In this document: positions 1 to 9,203 of the stretch, piece after piece | Numbering within the stretch: the first letter of the stretch is position 1 | Layout of the letters: each line of letters starts with the position of its first letter | Virus record (IMG/VR): IMGVR_UViG_3300038321_000049 | Span: 1-47,093 of that record | Source: a virus | Lineage: Duplodnaviria; Caudoviricetes | DNA: 47,093 nucleotides | Reading direction: 5' to 3' (one strand) | Made by a program: the position numbers and the translations under genes | Notes under the pieces: model-generated | Database searches by the model: none | Told to the model about the DNA's origin: nothing | Seen by the model: only the letters and a program-made list of their open reading frames with translations

Positions 1-1179
1 AATGCTGTTCCATCCATTATTTGAATAAAATATATTTAATGAAATATTTGCTATGTATGAACTAGGAATATACGCATAACAAGAAAACGTATATCTCTCA
101 CCTAACTCTAAATCAAGCGTCCTTACTTCTAATGCATTCGCAGTCGTTGAAACATTTTTAATGCATTTGTCTGCCCCGGCTGGCAGCGAAGAGAAATCAC
201 CAGACGAAACAAGCTCATGAATGGATTCATTAGATGCTGTCCATCCTCCGCTTAAATCAGTTGGCTTGCTATTTATCAGCAAGTTTCCCCCACCACTGTC
301 CCACAAGCTAGGTTTATCCGTCATCCCCAGTCCTGTCTCGTCCATTGCATAACGAACATAAGCATACTGGTTAGCACCCCCTGGTTCTCCTTGCATACCT
401 TGTGGTCCTTGGGGTCCTTGTATACCCTGCTCACCTTGTGGTCCTGTGTCTCCTTTTATGCCTTGTATACCTCGGATGCCCTGCGGTCCTTGTATACCTT
501 GAGAACCAGATAAGTCAGTTATAAACTCATAAGAAGTTACACCTTTAACATACAGTTTAGAATTATCTTCATCTTCAATATTCCCTGTTTCTATAATAAC
601 AAACTGCCCTGGCAGTACTCCATCTGTAGCGTACCCTGCATTCATAGTAACTATAGAATCATATATTTTAATAATTTGAAAAGGTGCACCTGTTGCTCCT
701 TCTGCACCTTCTGGTCCGATATCTCCTTTCTCACCTTTAATACCTTGTATGCCTTGAGGTCCCACATCTCCTTTGATTCCTTGTATGCCTTGTGTTCCCT
801 GTGGTCCCTGAGGTCCTATTAAAGCACCTGTCTCAAATGCAGTGTTAATAGTATCTGAGGTATCTATTGCATACTGCTTTGCATCTTGTGCGGTTTCTAA
901 AGATTCGGCTACATCAGCGGTTAATGCTTCTACAGCTGCATCATAGAATGTCTGATATCCTGTAACCACTGCATCTTTTAAATCCTTCAATGCTTTTAAT
1001 ATGCCATGACTAAACACGGGATTAAAAGAATCTTCGGTAGGTTCCTCATCAAACTCTAAAGCATCCTGTTTGTTATTCCACTTAGCTCTATCTTCTTCTG
1101 TGATGCCTTGTTTATTATCACTTTCATCTGATGCAGGACATGGTTTTTGTCTATATCCCTGACTCCAATATCTTGCCAT
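1..1179 (-). CDS. Tail fibre protein, 5' part (collagen-like repeats plus start of a carbohydrate-binding-like module); runs off the left edge
   Basis: Not in the ORF track. ATG at 1179 after GGAGGGAG; open frame to position 1: [14 protein letters not shown]... with G-x-y repeats ([17 protein letters not shown]), then [19 protein letters not shown] and GGGNLLINS. Probably the same gene as 45720..47093. Confidence 0.85.
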   Translation of the reverse strand, partial: MARYWSQGYRQKPCPASDESDNKQGITEEDRAKWNNKQDALEFDEEPTEDSFNPVFSHGILKALKDLKDAVVTGYQTFYDAAVEALTADVAESLETAQDAKQYAIDTSDTINTAFETGALIGPQGPQGTQGIQGIKGDVGPQGIQGIKGEKGDIGPEGAEGATGAPFQIIKIYDSIVTMNAGYATDGVLPGQFVIIETGNIEDEDNSKLYVKGVTSYEFITDLSGSQGIQGPQGIRGIQGIKGDTGPQGEQGIQGPQGPQGMQGEPGGANQYAYVRYAMDETGLGMTDKPSLWDSGGGNLLINSKPTDLSGGWTASNESIHELVSSGDFSSLPAGADKCIKNVSTTANALEVRTLDLELGERYTFSCYAYIPSSYIANISLNIFYSNNGWNSI

Positions 1180-1189
1180 AAGCTCCCTC

Positions 1190-1627
1190 CTAGTAGTCTA
1201 AATCTACTTCTATTCCTCTATACCCTACTGTATCATTACGAGGATGTCCTTCTATAAACCCTCGTTCACTGTCTGCTTGAAACTCTTCAGGTATATTATA
1301 CAACATATCCCTTACCATGTAAAACTTATTTTTAGTATAGTCTGATTGATACTGCATAGCTGTTTGAAGTCCTTCTTCATCTACAGTATAGTAGTTCCAG
1401 GCTGCCCCAGCAATTACTACCTTTCTAAGATATATATCAGGAAAAAATGCATAGCTGTCAGCATCAGGAGCTGAACTAAGAAGTTCTGAAAAAGTAGGAT
1501 AAGTAGCATTCAACTCATTATTAATGTCATCAATGACATAATCAAAATAAGGAATCATTTCTCTAAATGTAAGTGTTTCACCTGCCAGCTGTACATTCAT
1601 TAACTTTTGCATTTCTATAAATGTCAT
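1190..1627 (-). CDS. Putative head-tail adaptor / virion protein (145 aa)
   Basis: Start re-assigned to ATG 1627 (MTFIEMQ...) after AAGGAAGGAGA. The longer track ORF overlaps the previous gene and a terminator. Function inferred from position after the capsid genes. Confidence 0.55.
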   Translation of the reverse strand: MTFIEMQKLMNVQLAGETLTFREMIPYFDYVIDDINNELNATYPTFSELLSSAPDADSYAFFPDIYLRKVVIAGAAWNYYTVDEEGLQTAMQYQSDYTKNKFYMVRDMLYNIPEEFQADSERGFIEGHPRNDTVGYRGIEVDLDY

Positions 1628-1644
1628 AGTATCTCCTTCCTTAT

Positions 1645-1678
1645 ATGACAAAAGCCCACGCATTGGTGGGCTTGTCAT
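1645..1678 (-). terminator. Rho-independent terminator after the capsid operon
   Basis: Minus strand AAGCCCAC-caatgc-GTGGGCTT followed by TT, just after the 1689 stop. Confidence 0.7.
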
Positions 1679-1688
1679 TATGTAATAT

Positions 1689-2057
1689 TTAGACCTTCTT
1701 GATAAGTTCTCTTTCTCCTGCATAACTTTCAGAGTTGTTCTGAACATCTGCCATACTTTTTCTTCTACGCTCAAGCGTATCAATTCGTGCGATACGGTCC
1801 TGAAATATAGCTGCGTAGGTTTCTGGTATCTCATACTGCTGTCCATCTAACGGAACATAGATAGCAATACCGTTTACAATGATAGGCATGTTGTTACCGA
1901 AAAAAGGTTTATACATAGGAGAGCCTTGTACTTTAACCTTAGGCTCATCTTGATATCGTTTTGCTACAATAGTTCTTTTATTCTCCAGCAGGGTTACTTC
2001 TGAAGTAAGATTCTTGGTAACCTCTGCTGTATTGGTTTTATTGGTTCTTGCTGCCAT
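1689..2057 (-). CDS. Hypothetical virion-associated protein following the capsid gene
   Basis: 122-aa ORF with AGGAGGA RBS, co-oriented with the capsid gene. Confidence 0.7.
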   Translation of the reverse strand: MAARTNKTNTAEVTKNLTSEVTLLENKRTIVAKRYQDEPKVKVQGSPMYKPFFGNNMPIIVNGIAIYVPLDGQQYEIPETYAAIFQDRIARIDTLERRRKSMADVQNNSESYAGERELIKKV

Positions 2058-2066
2058 ATATCCTCC

Positions 2067-3311
2067 TTACACATTTAACTGCGTAGGTACGTTAATATAA
2101 TCAACAACTGCTTCTGTCCTCACAGAACCAAAGCCTACGCTATTGATTTTAAATCCAATAGATTGTCTCTGGTCAATTGGGTCAAGAACTCCTGTAGAAC
2201 CCAGAGGCTTCACATACATCTTAGCATTGCCCTCACCTGCCAGACCTGTGCGTGCCAGAGCATCTTTACCAAGAATCATAGTATGCTGTACTTTCAGCAC
2301 ACTGTAACCTGCTGCTACTTTGTTCTCTGCTCCTGCATCATAGTCAGTATGTTCTGGAATGTAAGATGCATCAAATCCAGTCCGTGTATCTTTTACATAG
2401 CCAGCTGCTACCAGAGCGTTGGCTGCTGTAACTTCCACTTCTTTAAATTCAATTGCTGCACCGTCAGGAGATACATCCTTAGTATAGCCTGCAGTAACAG
2501 TTGCAGCTTCTGCAATCTCTTTATACTCTATGAAGTAATACTTGCCGTCAGCTTTTCTGTATGTTGCCGTAGTAGGACATGTCATAACTTCAAAGAACTC
2601 AAAACCAAACAAAGGAATCAGTGTACCATTATCATACACCTGTGCTGTTGTCTGATTAATCTTCATGTAGTTCTGTACATACTCATCATCCAGCATATCA
2701 TAGACAAACTCTGGAGAAACAATTACAGGAAACTTTCCACTGGTTCTGGGTTTAACTAAAGACCGCTTCAAAGACAGAGAGATAAGTCTCAAGTCTGCAA
2801 TCGTGGGTTTAGCCCATGGTCTGAGTGCTCCCTGATTAGCTGCCATGCCTGCGAAAAACTTCTGAGATACTGTGAGCAGTGTTTCTTTTGCAAGTAAATC
2901 CAGAGTCTCAATAGCTACAATGGAATACTCCTGAGAGTAGTGTGCTACAACTGGGTCAACCATTTTGAAGTCAACCTTATCAGTAAACTCCATGTACCTT
3001 CCGTACTGGTCAGCCTGTATCTCATATTTTTCTACGGAGCCTTTATCAGACTTCGGAGGAACACCCTCTACCAACGGTACTGTATGTGCCTGAAGAGGTG
3101 CCCATCTGCGGATAACCAGCTTGTCAGCTTTCTCCTGAATAGGCATTTCATCTGCGTACCTGTAATATGTATACTGGTCTGCATCCAATCTAATAGTATC
3201 CAGCAACTGCTTGCTATAAAATATTTCAGGCGCAATCATACCTGCACCATGATTATTTACAAAACCTACTACTGCATTAATATCTGTCGTTGAGTTTAAT
3301 GCCATTGCCAT
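2067..3311 (-). CDS. Major capsid protein, N4-gp56 family
   Basis: Family-like motifs RRWAPL..TVPLVEGVPP, QYGRYMEFTDKV and VKPLGSTGVLDPIDQRQSIGFK; lies downstream of scaffold and portal. Confidence 0.88.
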   Translation of the reverse strand: MAMALNSTTDINAVVGFVNNHGAGMIAPEIFYSKQLLDTIRLDADQYTYYRYADEMPIQEKADKLVIRRWAPLQAHTVPLVEGVPPKSDKGSVEKYEIQADQYGRYMEFTDKVDFKMVDPVVAHYSQEYSIVAIETLDLLAKETLLTVSQKFFAGMAANQGALRPWAKPTIADLRLISLSLKRSLVKPRTSGKFPVIVSPEFVYDMLDDEYVQNYMKINQTTAQVYDNGTLIPLFGFEFFEVMTCPTTATYRKADGKYYFIEYKEIAEAATVTAGYTKDVSPDGAAIEFKEVEVTAANALVAAGYVKDTRTGFDASYIPEHTDYDAGAENKVAAGYSVLKVQHTMILGKDALARTGLAGEGNAKMYVKPLGSTGVLDPIDQRQSIGFKINSVGFGSVRTEAVVDYINVPTQLNV

Positions 3312-3331
3312 AAGTTCTCACTTTCCTTTCT

Positions 3332-4144
3332 TTATGATGGAAAGTCTTTTAAAAACTGAGTAAGACCATCCACTGTGGTAATCTTATTATCTGTTCCTGC
3401 TCCTGCACCAGTGCCCTGCTGTTTAGCTGGAGTGGTACTGTGCTGGTCTGCTGCACCGCTTTTTTCTAATACTTCTTTAACCGCTTTATCAACCTGCTTC
3501 TTTAAGATGTCATCAAAGTGTTTAACCTTGTATTCATTTTCCAGGTTTATGTCCTGCACAAACGGGTTCTTACCGTCCGCATCCAATTCTACTGCAAAGG
3601 CTTTCAAGTCATCTTCTGTCAAACTATACTTATCTGTGAGCGTTTGGAATCCTGCATATGCTGCCTGTTCTCTTGTTTGTCTCTGCCACTGGGATTGATT
3701 CTGCTCCAGCTGTTCTAGCTTCTGCAATAGCTCTACAGGTACGTTCTGTGACTTAGCCATCTTTTCAATAGCATCATCACTCATCTTCTTTACAAGGTCA
3801 TCCAGGTTGTTGTATTCAATATTATTTGCTTTAGCTACTTTACCAAGAATCCCTGTAAGATTGTTAATCTGTTGGCGCATCTGTCCGAACGCATAATTTG
3901 TCTTATCTTCCTGTGTAGGAGTTTTTGTTTCAGTTTGAGGCTGTGTCTGTTCTCCTGTTTCCGTTTCGGATTCAACTTCTCCTGTTTCAGCCTCTTGTCC
4001 ATACTGGTTCAGTAAAGAATCTAAAGCATCTGCGGTGCTGGTTTCTCCTGTGTCCGTTGCTGCTGTTCCTGCTGCTCCTGCTTCTTCTGCAGCAGAGTAA
4101 GGCAATATCACAGAAGATAAATCTCTGTCTTTGTCTTTCATCAT
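3332..4144 (-). CDS. Capsid scaffolding protein
   Basis: Acidic low-complexity N-terminus and helical body; directly upstream of the capsid gene. Confidence 0.75.
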   Translation of the reverse strand: MMKDKDRDLSSVILPYSAAEEAGAAGTAATDTGETSTADALDSLLNQYGQEAETGEVESETETGEQTQPQTETKTPTQEDKTNYAFGQMRQQINNLTGILGKVAKANNIEYNNLDDLVKKMSDDAIEKMAKSQNVPVELLQKLEQLEQNQSQWQRQTREQAAYAGFQTLTDKYSLTEDDLKAFAVELDADGKNPFVQDINLENEYKVKHFDDILKKQVDKAVKEVLEKSGAADQHSTTPAKQQGTGAGAGTDNKITTVDGLTQFLKDFPS

Positions 4145-4224
4145 CTACCGTTTCCTTTCTCAATCTGTGCGGTGTCACAGATAATATACACACTTTTAAA
4201 GGTAAGCGGAACCTATCTATGGAT

Positions 4225-4253
4225 AGTATATCACGCAAAACAAAAAGATGCAA
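4225..4253 (-). promoter_or_regulatory. Sigma-A-type promoter for scaffold/capsid genes
   Basis: Minus strand TTGCAT-N17-TATACT with extended -10 TG; its -35 lies inside the 4241-4274 inverted repeat. Confidence 0.65.
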
Positions 4254-4274
4254 CAGAATAGTTGCATCTTTTTG
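4241..4274. terminator. Perfect 14-bp inverted repeat, likely terminator of the terminase-portal transcript
   Basis: CAAAAAGATGCAAC-agaata-GTTGCATCTTTTTG, with T-runs on both strands. Confidence 0.75.
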
Positions 4275-4427
4275 CGCCCGGTTTAACTACACAATTTTAA
4301 GGAGGTACATTATTCAATTACCTGCAAGCTCTTGGGAAAGAGTAAGCGCAGATAAAAGAACGCAATAACCATGAAAGAAGAAAAAGAAGTTTAAAAGGAA
4401 TACTTAATCCATATTTATAATACCAGA

Positions 4428-6272
4428 TTATACCATATCTGTCAAATTTAAATCTGACATTGGCTGAGGATTATTTCCGCTTAGCATCTGCATCTGTTCT
4501 GCTACTGCATCCTCGTTGCCAGGTTCATTACCCTGAGCCATTGTATCTGCTGTAGCTGCAATAGCTTCTTCAGGGTCTACTCCGTTGTTTACCATGTTCG
4601 CATACTGTGTAACTGCCTGTGCTACAAGCTCTGTCCAGTTCTGGCTGCGCTGAATATTCATACGCTCCAGCATATACTCCTTGTTAGGTAAGTCCTGAAG
4701 CATTAACCACTCCTGAGGAGTGATGAGGTCAACTTCAATACCTGCACCTTTATACTGCATCTGCTTCTCCATGAGTTGGTTAGCTACTGCTTCTAACCTA
4801 GCCTTCGACTTAGGAAGTTCTGAAGAGATATTGACAGAGTATTCAAAGATTGTGTTGGCAGGTATGTCAGGGAAAGGAACCGTTACCAGCTTATGTGCCT
4901 TAGGATTGCTGTCGCTCTGCACAAGATAATCTCTTGATAAAGTAGCATACTCTAAATAGTTATACACAATCAGCTGTGTCAGCTTTTTGCAGTATCGTTC
5001 ATAGTTCTCCACCTTGGGTGCATCAATCATAGTCACCTGGTCAAGCATAGATTCAATACCACCTGTAGTGAGGATAGAACCTGAGTCTCTCCCTGTGTAC
5101 CTATCATCTACACCAGACATACTTTTAATATCTTGCATGAGCAGCTGCATAGTGCTCAGTGTCTGAGGGCTGGGTGTAGGGAACTGGTGGTAGTGTACTG
5201 CTTTAGATGCATCCCCATTAACTATAAAAGTTCTGTCAGCATCATTACCGTGTTTAGTAAATGTAGCTACGTTGAGTCCTGACTGAGCATTAATAAATCT
5301 CGGAGGACGTTGGTTCTTATATTCAGCAGTCAACATAATGCTAAGCATCAGATTATACGCAAGAGAGTTCTGAAACACTGCTGAGCACTCTGACGTACCA
5401 AACAAGTCTCCTGCTGGTTCATTACAGTACAGCTCAGCAAATGGAAACTGACTGGGCTTAATATCCTGCTTTACGTAAAGCACTGCTGAGTTATTCAGTA
5501 AATGTATTTCATGTATCTTTCCCTCGTCAGCAATCCAGTAGCAGAATATTCTGAAGTAGTCTTTCTTACCTGCTGCACTCTGAGAAGATTTATCTGAGAG
5601 AACATTCACAGTATTGTCTGAAGACACACCAGCTTCTTTAGCTGTAAGTATTTCTTTAAACCTTTTACTGTAGTTAGAGTTAGCTAAGATAGCTGTCTTA
5701 TGGTAATCATCCCATGTTACACAATACTGAGCAGTATCAATGCTGGTGGCAAACGGGTCACGCATAAACTTCATAGGGTTTATATTCTTGAGAACTACAT
5801 CCCCTTTATGGAATGTGGGGTTATCTGCTGTTCCCACTATAATGCTGTTGTCCCAACCTACCTGAGTGATACCAAGGTTTAATAAAGCTGCGCGCTCTCC
5901 TGCCTGCATTTGGTACTTGGCTACATCCAGAGTATCCCACAGATGCTCCAACGCTACATTCAACTGTTCAATAATATTCTTGTCATGGTCTGAAGTAGGA
6001 ATAAGACTAGCTCCCTTACCTACTGAGTACACACTGGCAAGTATATTAGACTTTATGTAGTGCACCTGATTGGTGTCAGGCAGAATCTGATATGTTGGAA
6101 ACTTCTTACCCACTGCATCCCACAGTTTAGATTTGTCAGCTGCATCAAGTTTATAAGCACGCTTATGTGCAGGAGTGTACTCACTACGGGCAACATCAAA
6201 TAGCTGGTTTAACTTAGACACTGAAGTGCATTCTGGTAAACTAGGTGTGTTACTCTTTTGGTCTGCTGCCAT
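4428..6272 (-). CDS. Portal protein (podovirus-like)
   Basis: 614 aa, between terminase and scaffold; motifs such as NINPMKFMRDP and IKSMSGVDDRYTG are typical of P22/N4-like portals. Confidence 0.8.
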   Translation of the reverse strand: MAADQKSNTPSLPECTSVSKLNQLFDVARSEYTPAHKRAYKLDAADKSKLWDAVGKKFPTYQILPDTNQVHYIKSNILASVYSVGKGASLIPTSDHDKNIIEQLNVALEHLWDTLDVAKYQMQAGERAALLNLGITQVGWDNSIIVGTADNPTFHKGDVVLKNINPMKFMRDPFATSIDTAQYCVTWDDYHKTAILANSNYSKRFKEILTAKEAGVSSDNTVNVLSDKSSQSAAGKKDYFRIFCYWIADEGKIHEIHLLNNSAVLYVKQDIKPSQFPFAELYCNEPAGDLFGTSECSAVFQNSLAYNLMLSIMLTAEYKNQRPPRFINAQSGLNVATFTKHGNDADRTFIVNGDASKAVHYHQFPTPSPQTLSTMQLLMQDIKSMSGVDDRYTGRDSGSILTTGGIESMLDQVTMIDAPKVENYERYCKKLTQLIVYNYLEYATLSRDYLVQSDSNPKAHKLVTVPFPDIPANTIFEYSVNISSELPKSKARLEAVANQLMEKQMQYKGAGIEVDLITPQEWLMLQDLPNKEYMLERMNIQRSQNWTELVAQAVTQYANMVNNGVDPEEAIAATADTMAQGNEPGNEDAVAEQMQMLSGNNPQPMSDLNLTDMV

Positions 6273-6501
6273 AATCTAATTCCTCCTCATAAGTTTTATC
6301 TAAAGCTGCTAACACTTCTTTAAAGTCAGGCTGCTCTTTTACAGTTTCTTCATTAGCCTGCTCAAATAATTGCTTGTATATAGCGTGGTCTGGTGCAGGC
6401 GCATCTGTATGATGGTTGGTGTTTATAGTTATACCTTTGGTAGTCAGCAGAACTGCACATATCAGTATAGTGCTGCAAACAATACATACTGCTTCTAACA
6501 T
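6250..6501 (-). CDS. Small protein with N-terminal hydrophobic (membrane/signal) segment
   Basis: MLEAVCIVCSTILICAVLLT; RBS AAGGAGGAG; overlaps both neighbours. Confidence 0.65.
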   Translation of the reverse strand: MLEAVCIVCSTILICAVLLTTKGITINTNHHTDAPAPDHAIYKQLFEQANEETVKEQPDFKEVLAALDKTYEEELDYGSRPKE

Positions 6502-6902
6502 CCCATCTCCTCCTTTATCTCTTCAGCCATACGCATGTACTGCTCTGATTTAGCATTATCTAATCTAACATCATCTTTCAGACCTGCCCTGTACCTGTAC
6601 TTCCATGCGTTAGCTATGCAGAAATCAAAAGCCACTTGAAGTCCAAAAGCAATTTTGATTTCATCAATACACTCCATGTCACGGGCGCAGTAGTGCGGTG
6701 GCTGCTGAACCATGTCTGGTCCTTCTTCTTTTTCATCTTGCAGTTCTTTTATTTTCTTGTATAATTCAGCTTGTGTCTCAATCATCCTGGCTGCATCATC
6801 ACACATTGCTGTGATATCTTCATGCAGAGTATTGTGTAAAGAAACATTATTAAACTTTTTACCTACTCGTCTTAATTCGTTTGGTGTACAGTCTTGATAC
6901 AT
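6495..6902 (-). CDS. DUF3310-like phage protein (135 aa)
   Basis: Start re-assigned to ATG 6902 after AAGGAGG. C-terminal DMVQQPPHY...ECIDEI...NAWKYRYRAGLKD matches the DUF3310 pattern. Confidence 0.75.
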   Translation of the reverse strand: MYQDCTPNELRRVGKKFNNVSLHNTLHEDITAMCDDAARMIETQAELYKKIKELQDEKEEGPDMVQQPPHYCARDMECIDEIKIAFGLQVAFDFCIANAWKYRYRAGLKDDVRLDNAKSEQYMRMAEEIKEEMGC

Positions 6903-6912
6903 AATAGCCTCC

Positions 6913-8505
6913 TTAAAATAAAAATATGTTATCGTTGTTGTTCTGTGTTTCCGTATCTTGCAGCTGAGGAATACCGTAGGTAGTGTTACGTTTAAGTTTA
7001 GATAACTCTCTGCCGTATTCATCATAACTGCCATACATTAGCTTGGACGGGTCAGCTGGCAGCACCATGCAAATCCATTCAAGTGCTGAGATACCATGGT
7101 CATGTCCGTCCAAGGGCTTATCATAATAGCTGCCTCGCTTAGTGGTAGAAGTTCTGGCAGGGAACCTATAATCCTTAATCTCTTCCAGCAGTCCTACGCA
7201 GCAAGCCATTATCTTTAGCTTAGCTGATTCTAAATAAGTATTAACTCTGAACACACGCGCATCTTTATTTATTGCCCCTGGTTGAAAAGCTATACCGTAG
7301 TCCATGAAGTGGTCATAGAGAGTCTTCTTGTTGTAGTCTCTTTGACTTCCAGACTTAGGGTCAAGTATGGGCTGAGTGTAATACCCACCTACAGGTATGT
7401 CTTCAGTGGTTTCATAGAATATCTTAGACAATTCTTCTATGTTCTTGTTGTTTGTTCGTTCCTCTCTGTAAATATATACTACTCCATTCTTCTCGTCAAC
7501 AGCTCCGCACAAATAAACAAAGTCATCATGCAGCCCGTAGTCAGCAGCTACAATCCTTTTCCATTCTTTGGGCGGTCTGAATGGCTGCACTATTCTGTTT
7601 ACAGCTGAAGGATAGACCAGACCTTCAGCATAGCTGAATGAACCATTGATGTATCTGCTTACCCACCATGCTGGTTTAGTGGCGGTCAGCTGTTCTATGA
7701 ACCCTGGTGGCAGGAAAGCATTTGAGTCAGTGCTGGTGATGTGTGAGGAAGTGTGAGGGTCTTTATCTTTTTCTTCAACCACCACGTCTTCCAATACATT
7801 ACCGTGCTTATAAATTTTATCTGAGATGTATAGCAGCTCTCTGCGTATCCACCCAGCATCAGGGTTTGATTCTATAATACCTTTCAGCCACTGCTCTTTT
7901 ATTTCAGGCACCTGCATACCGTTATCCAGCTGCTGCATGACTACGTTTCCGTTATCATCGAAACGGGGTACGCTGGCAGCTGTGTTTCTCAGCCTTGACT
8001 TCAGAGTGGAGAATGCTTCTTCATCTACCTCACTGGCTTCTATGATTACAAACATGGTCACGTTGTAAGAACGAATCTTATCTACGTCATCCAGAGGTCT
8101 GAACATTATACGTGCACCGTTAATTAAATCCCAGTAAGACTTCTGGTTACTCACGTGTTCTATAAAAACTTCAGGCAGGTCATTCAACATGTCACGCATG
8201 ATTGTCTGTTCGTACTGAGAAGCTACGTTGGCAGCAATCAATACATTAGCGTTAGGTGTGAGGAACACATGTTTGTATACTTCTTCCCTGCTTGTCAAAG
8301 TTTTTCCAGAACCAAATCCCCCAAAGTTTCCTATGTACATGTGAGCATCTTCATGCACCGCGCTTTGGTGGGGCTGAGGTATGTATGTGTTGATGTAGGC
8401 ATTGCACTTAGTACACTCCAGCCAGAACTCTGATTCACCACCGTTCATAGCTGTGGCTGGTTTAGTGCTGGCATGGCAGCGCGGACATATGCTGAAGTCT
8501 TTCAT
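6913..8505 (-). CDS. terL: Terminase large subunit with N-terminal Zn-ribbon
   Basis: Walker A GGFGSGKT, Walker B-like FVIIEASE, coupling-motif-like ESNP, nuclease AADYG; N-terminal CPRC...CTKC. Confidence 0.92.
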   Translation of the reverse strand: MKDFSICPRCHASTKPATAMNGGESEFWLECTKCNAYINTYIPQPHQSAVHEDAHMYIGNFGGFGSGKTLTSREEVYKHVFLTPNANVLIAANVASQYEQTIMRDMLNDLPEVFIEHVSNQKSYWDLINGARIMFRPLDDVDKIRSYNVTMFVIIEASEVDEEAFSTLKSRLRNTAASVPRFDDNGNVVMQQLDNGMQVPEIKEQWLKGIIESNPDAGWIRRELLYISDKIYKHGNVLEDVVVEEKDKDPHTSSHITSTDSNAFLPPGFIEQLTATKPAWWVSRYINGSFSYAEGLVYPSAVNRIVQPFRPPKEWKRIVAADYGLHDDFVYLCGAVDEKNGVVYIYREERTNNKNIEELSKIFYETTEDIPVGGYYTQPILDPKSGSQRDYNKKTLYDHFMDYGIAFQPGAINKDARVFRVNTYLESAKLKIMACCVGLLEEIKDYRFPARTSTTKRGSYYDKPLDGHDHGISALEWICMVLPADPSKLMYGSYDEYGRELSKLKRNTTYGIPQLQDTETQNNNDNIFLF

Positions 8506-8506
8506 T
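8465..8506. repeat. 42-bp direct repeat, copy 1 (terminase 5' end)
   Basis: gtgctggcatggcagcgcggacatatgctgaagtctttcatt is identical to 9162-9203. Confidence 0.95.
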
Positions 8507-8540
8507 TTGTACCTCCTTTACTATACATCTATTATACTAT
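8500..8540 (-). repeat. 41-bp repeat carrying -10 box, RBS and ATG; copy of 10226-10266
   Basis: Minus strand ATAGTATAATAGATGTATAGTAAAGGAGGTACAA(A/T)ATGAAA; one mismatch between the copies. Confidence 0.95.
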
Positions 8541-8622
8541 CCTCGCATTTTCTTATCAGCCTTGCTATAAAGTTATTTCTCTTTCTCATGCTTTCCTCCT
8601 AGATTCTAAAGTTTTAATACTA

Positions 8623-9006
8623 CTATTTTATCCATCCATAGTTCCATGAATAAGTTTCAGCTATTTTATTTCCATATTTATATTTATAGCTATTAGAAAC
8701 ATCTTTAATCTTTATTTTCCCTATAAAATTTAATTTAACATCATGTAAATACCATATTTCATATGTTATAAAACTATCTGGTACTTGTTTTATTGAAGGA
8801 GTTATAAAATCATCATCTAAAACTTCATAAACATTTAATATTTTCCCTTTTAAATTTTTAGATAGTCCTATAAGACATCCTTCAATACTTAAGCTACAAC
8901 AAACTCTTTTAGTTTCATTTTCCTCGTATCCATTTTTAGTTAAAAAATTACATGGAATTCTTGGATTTAATTTTTTAAGATGTTGGTCTGATACAAAATA
9001 TGGCAT
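8623..9006 (-). CDS. Very AT-rich hypothetical protein (inserted moron), possibly ADP-ribosyltransferase-like fold
   Basis: 127-aa ORF, visibly more AT-rich than its flanks. Pattern YFVS..LNPRIP..E..RVCCS.SI..VPD..TYEIW; the fold call is a weak inference. Confidence 0.6.
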   Translation of the reverse strand: MPYFVSDQHLKKLNPRIPCNFLTKNGYEENETKRVCCSLSIEGCLIGLSKNLKGKILNVYEVLDDDFITPSIKQVPDSFITYEIWYLHDVKLNFIGKIKIKDVSNSYKYKYGNKIAETYSWNYGWIK

Positions 9007-9034
9007 TGTTATTTTACTTTTTATTTATTATCTC

Positions 9035-9202
9035 TTAGCTCCAAATATCAGTTTTGTACTGGAACTGGCATCCCCTTTTCAATCCATTTCCGGTATGGTT
9101 CATAATTATTAAAATCAGGACAGGATTTAATAATCCGTCTGTTTCCCGCCCATCTTTGCATGTGCTGGCATGGCAGCGCGGACATATGCTGAAGTCTTTC
9201 AT
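9035..9202 (-). pseudogene. Truncated duplicate of the terminase start fused to foreign DNA
   Basis: ATG coupled (TAATG) to the HNH stop; reads MKDFSICPRCHAST, then unrelated sequence to TAA at 9035. Confidence 0.75.
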
Positions 9203-9203
9203 T
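9162..9203. repeat. 42-bp direct repeat, copy 2
   Basis: Identical to 8465-8506. Confidence 0.95.

Noticed and set aside
1628-1846. N-terminal extension of the 218-aa track ORF (also the 6903-7034 extension of the 179-aa ORF)
   Set aside because: The extensions overlap upstream genes (and, for the first, a terminator); strong RBSs mark the internal starts at 1627 and 6902.
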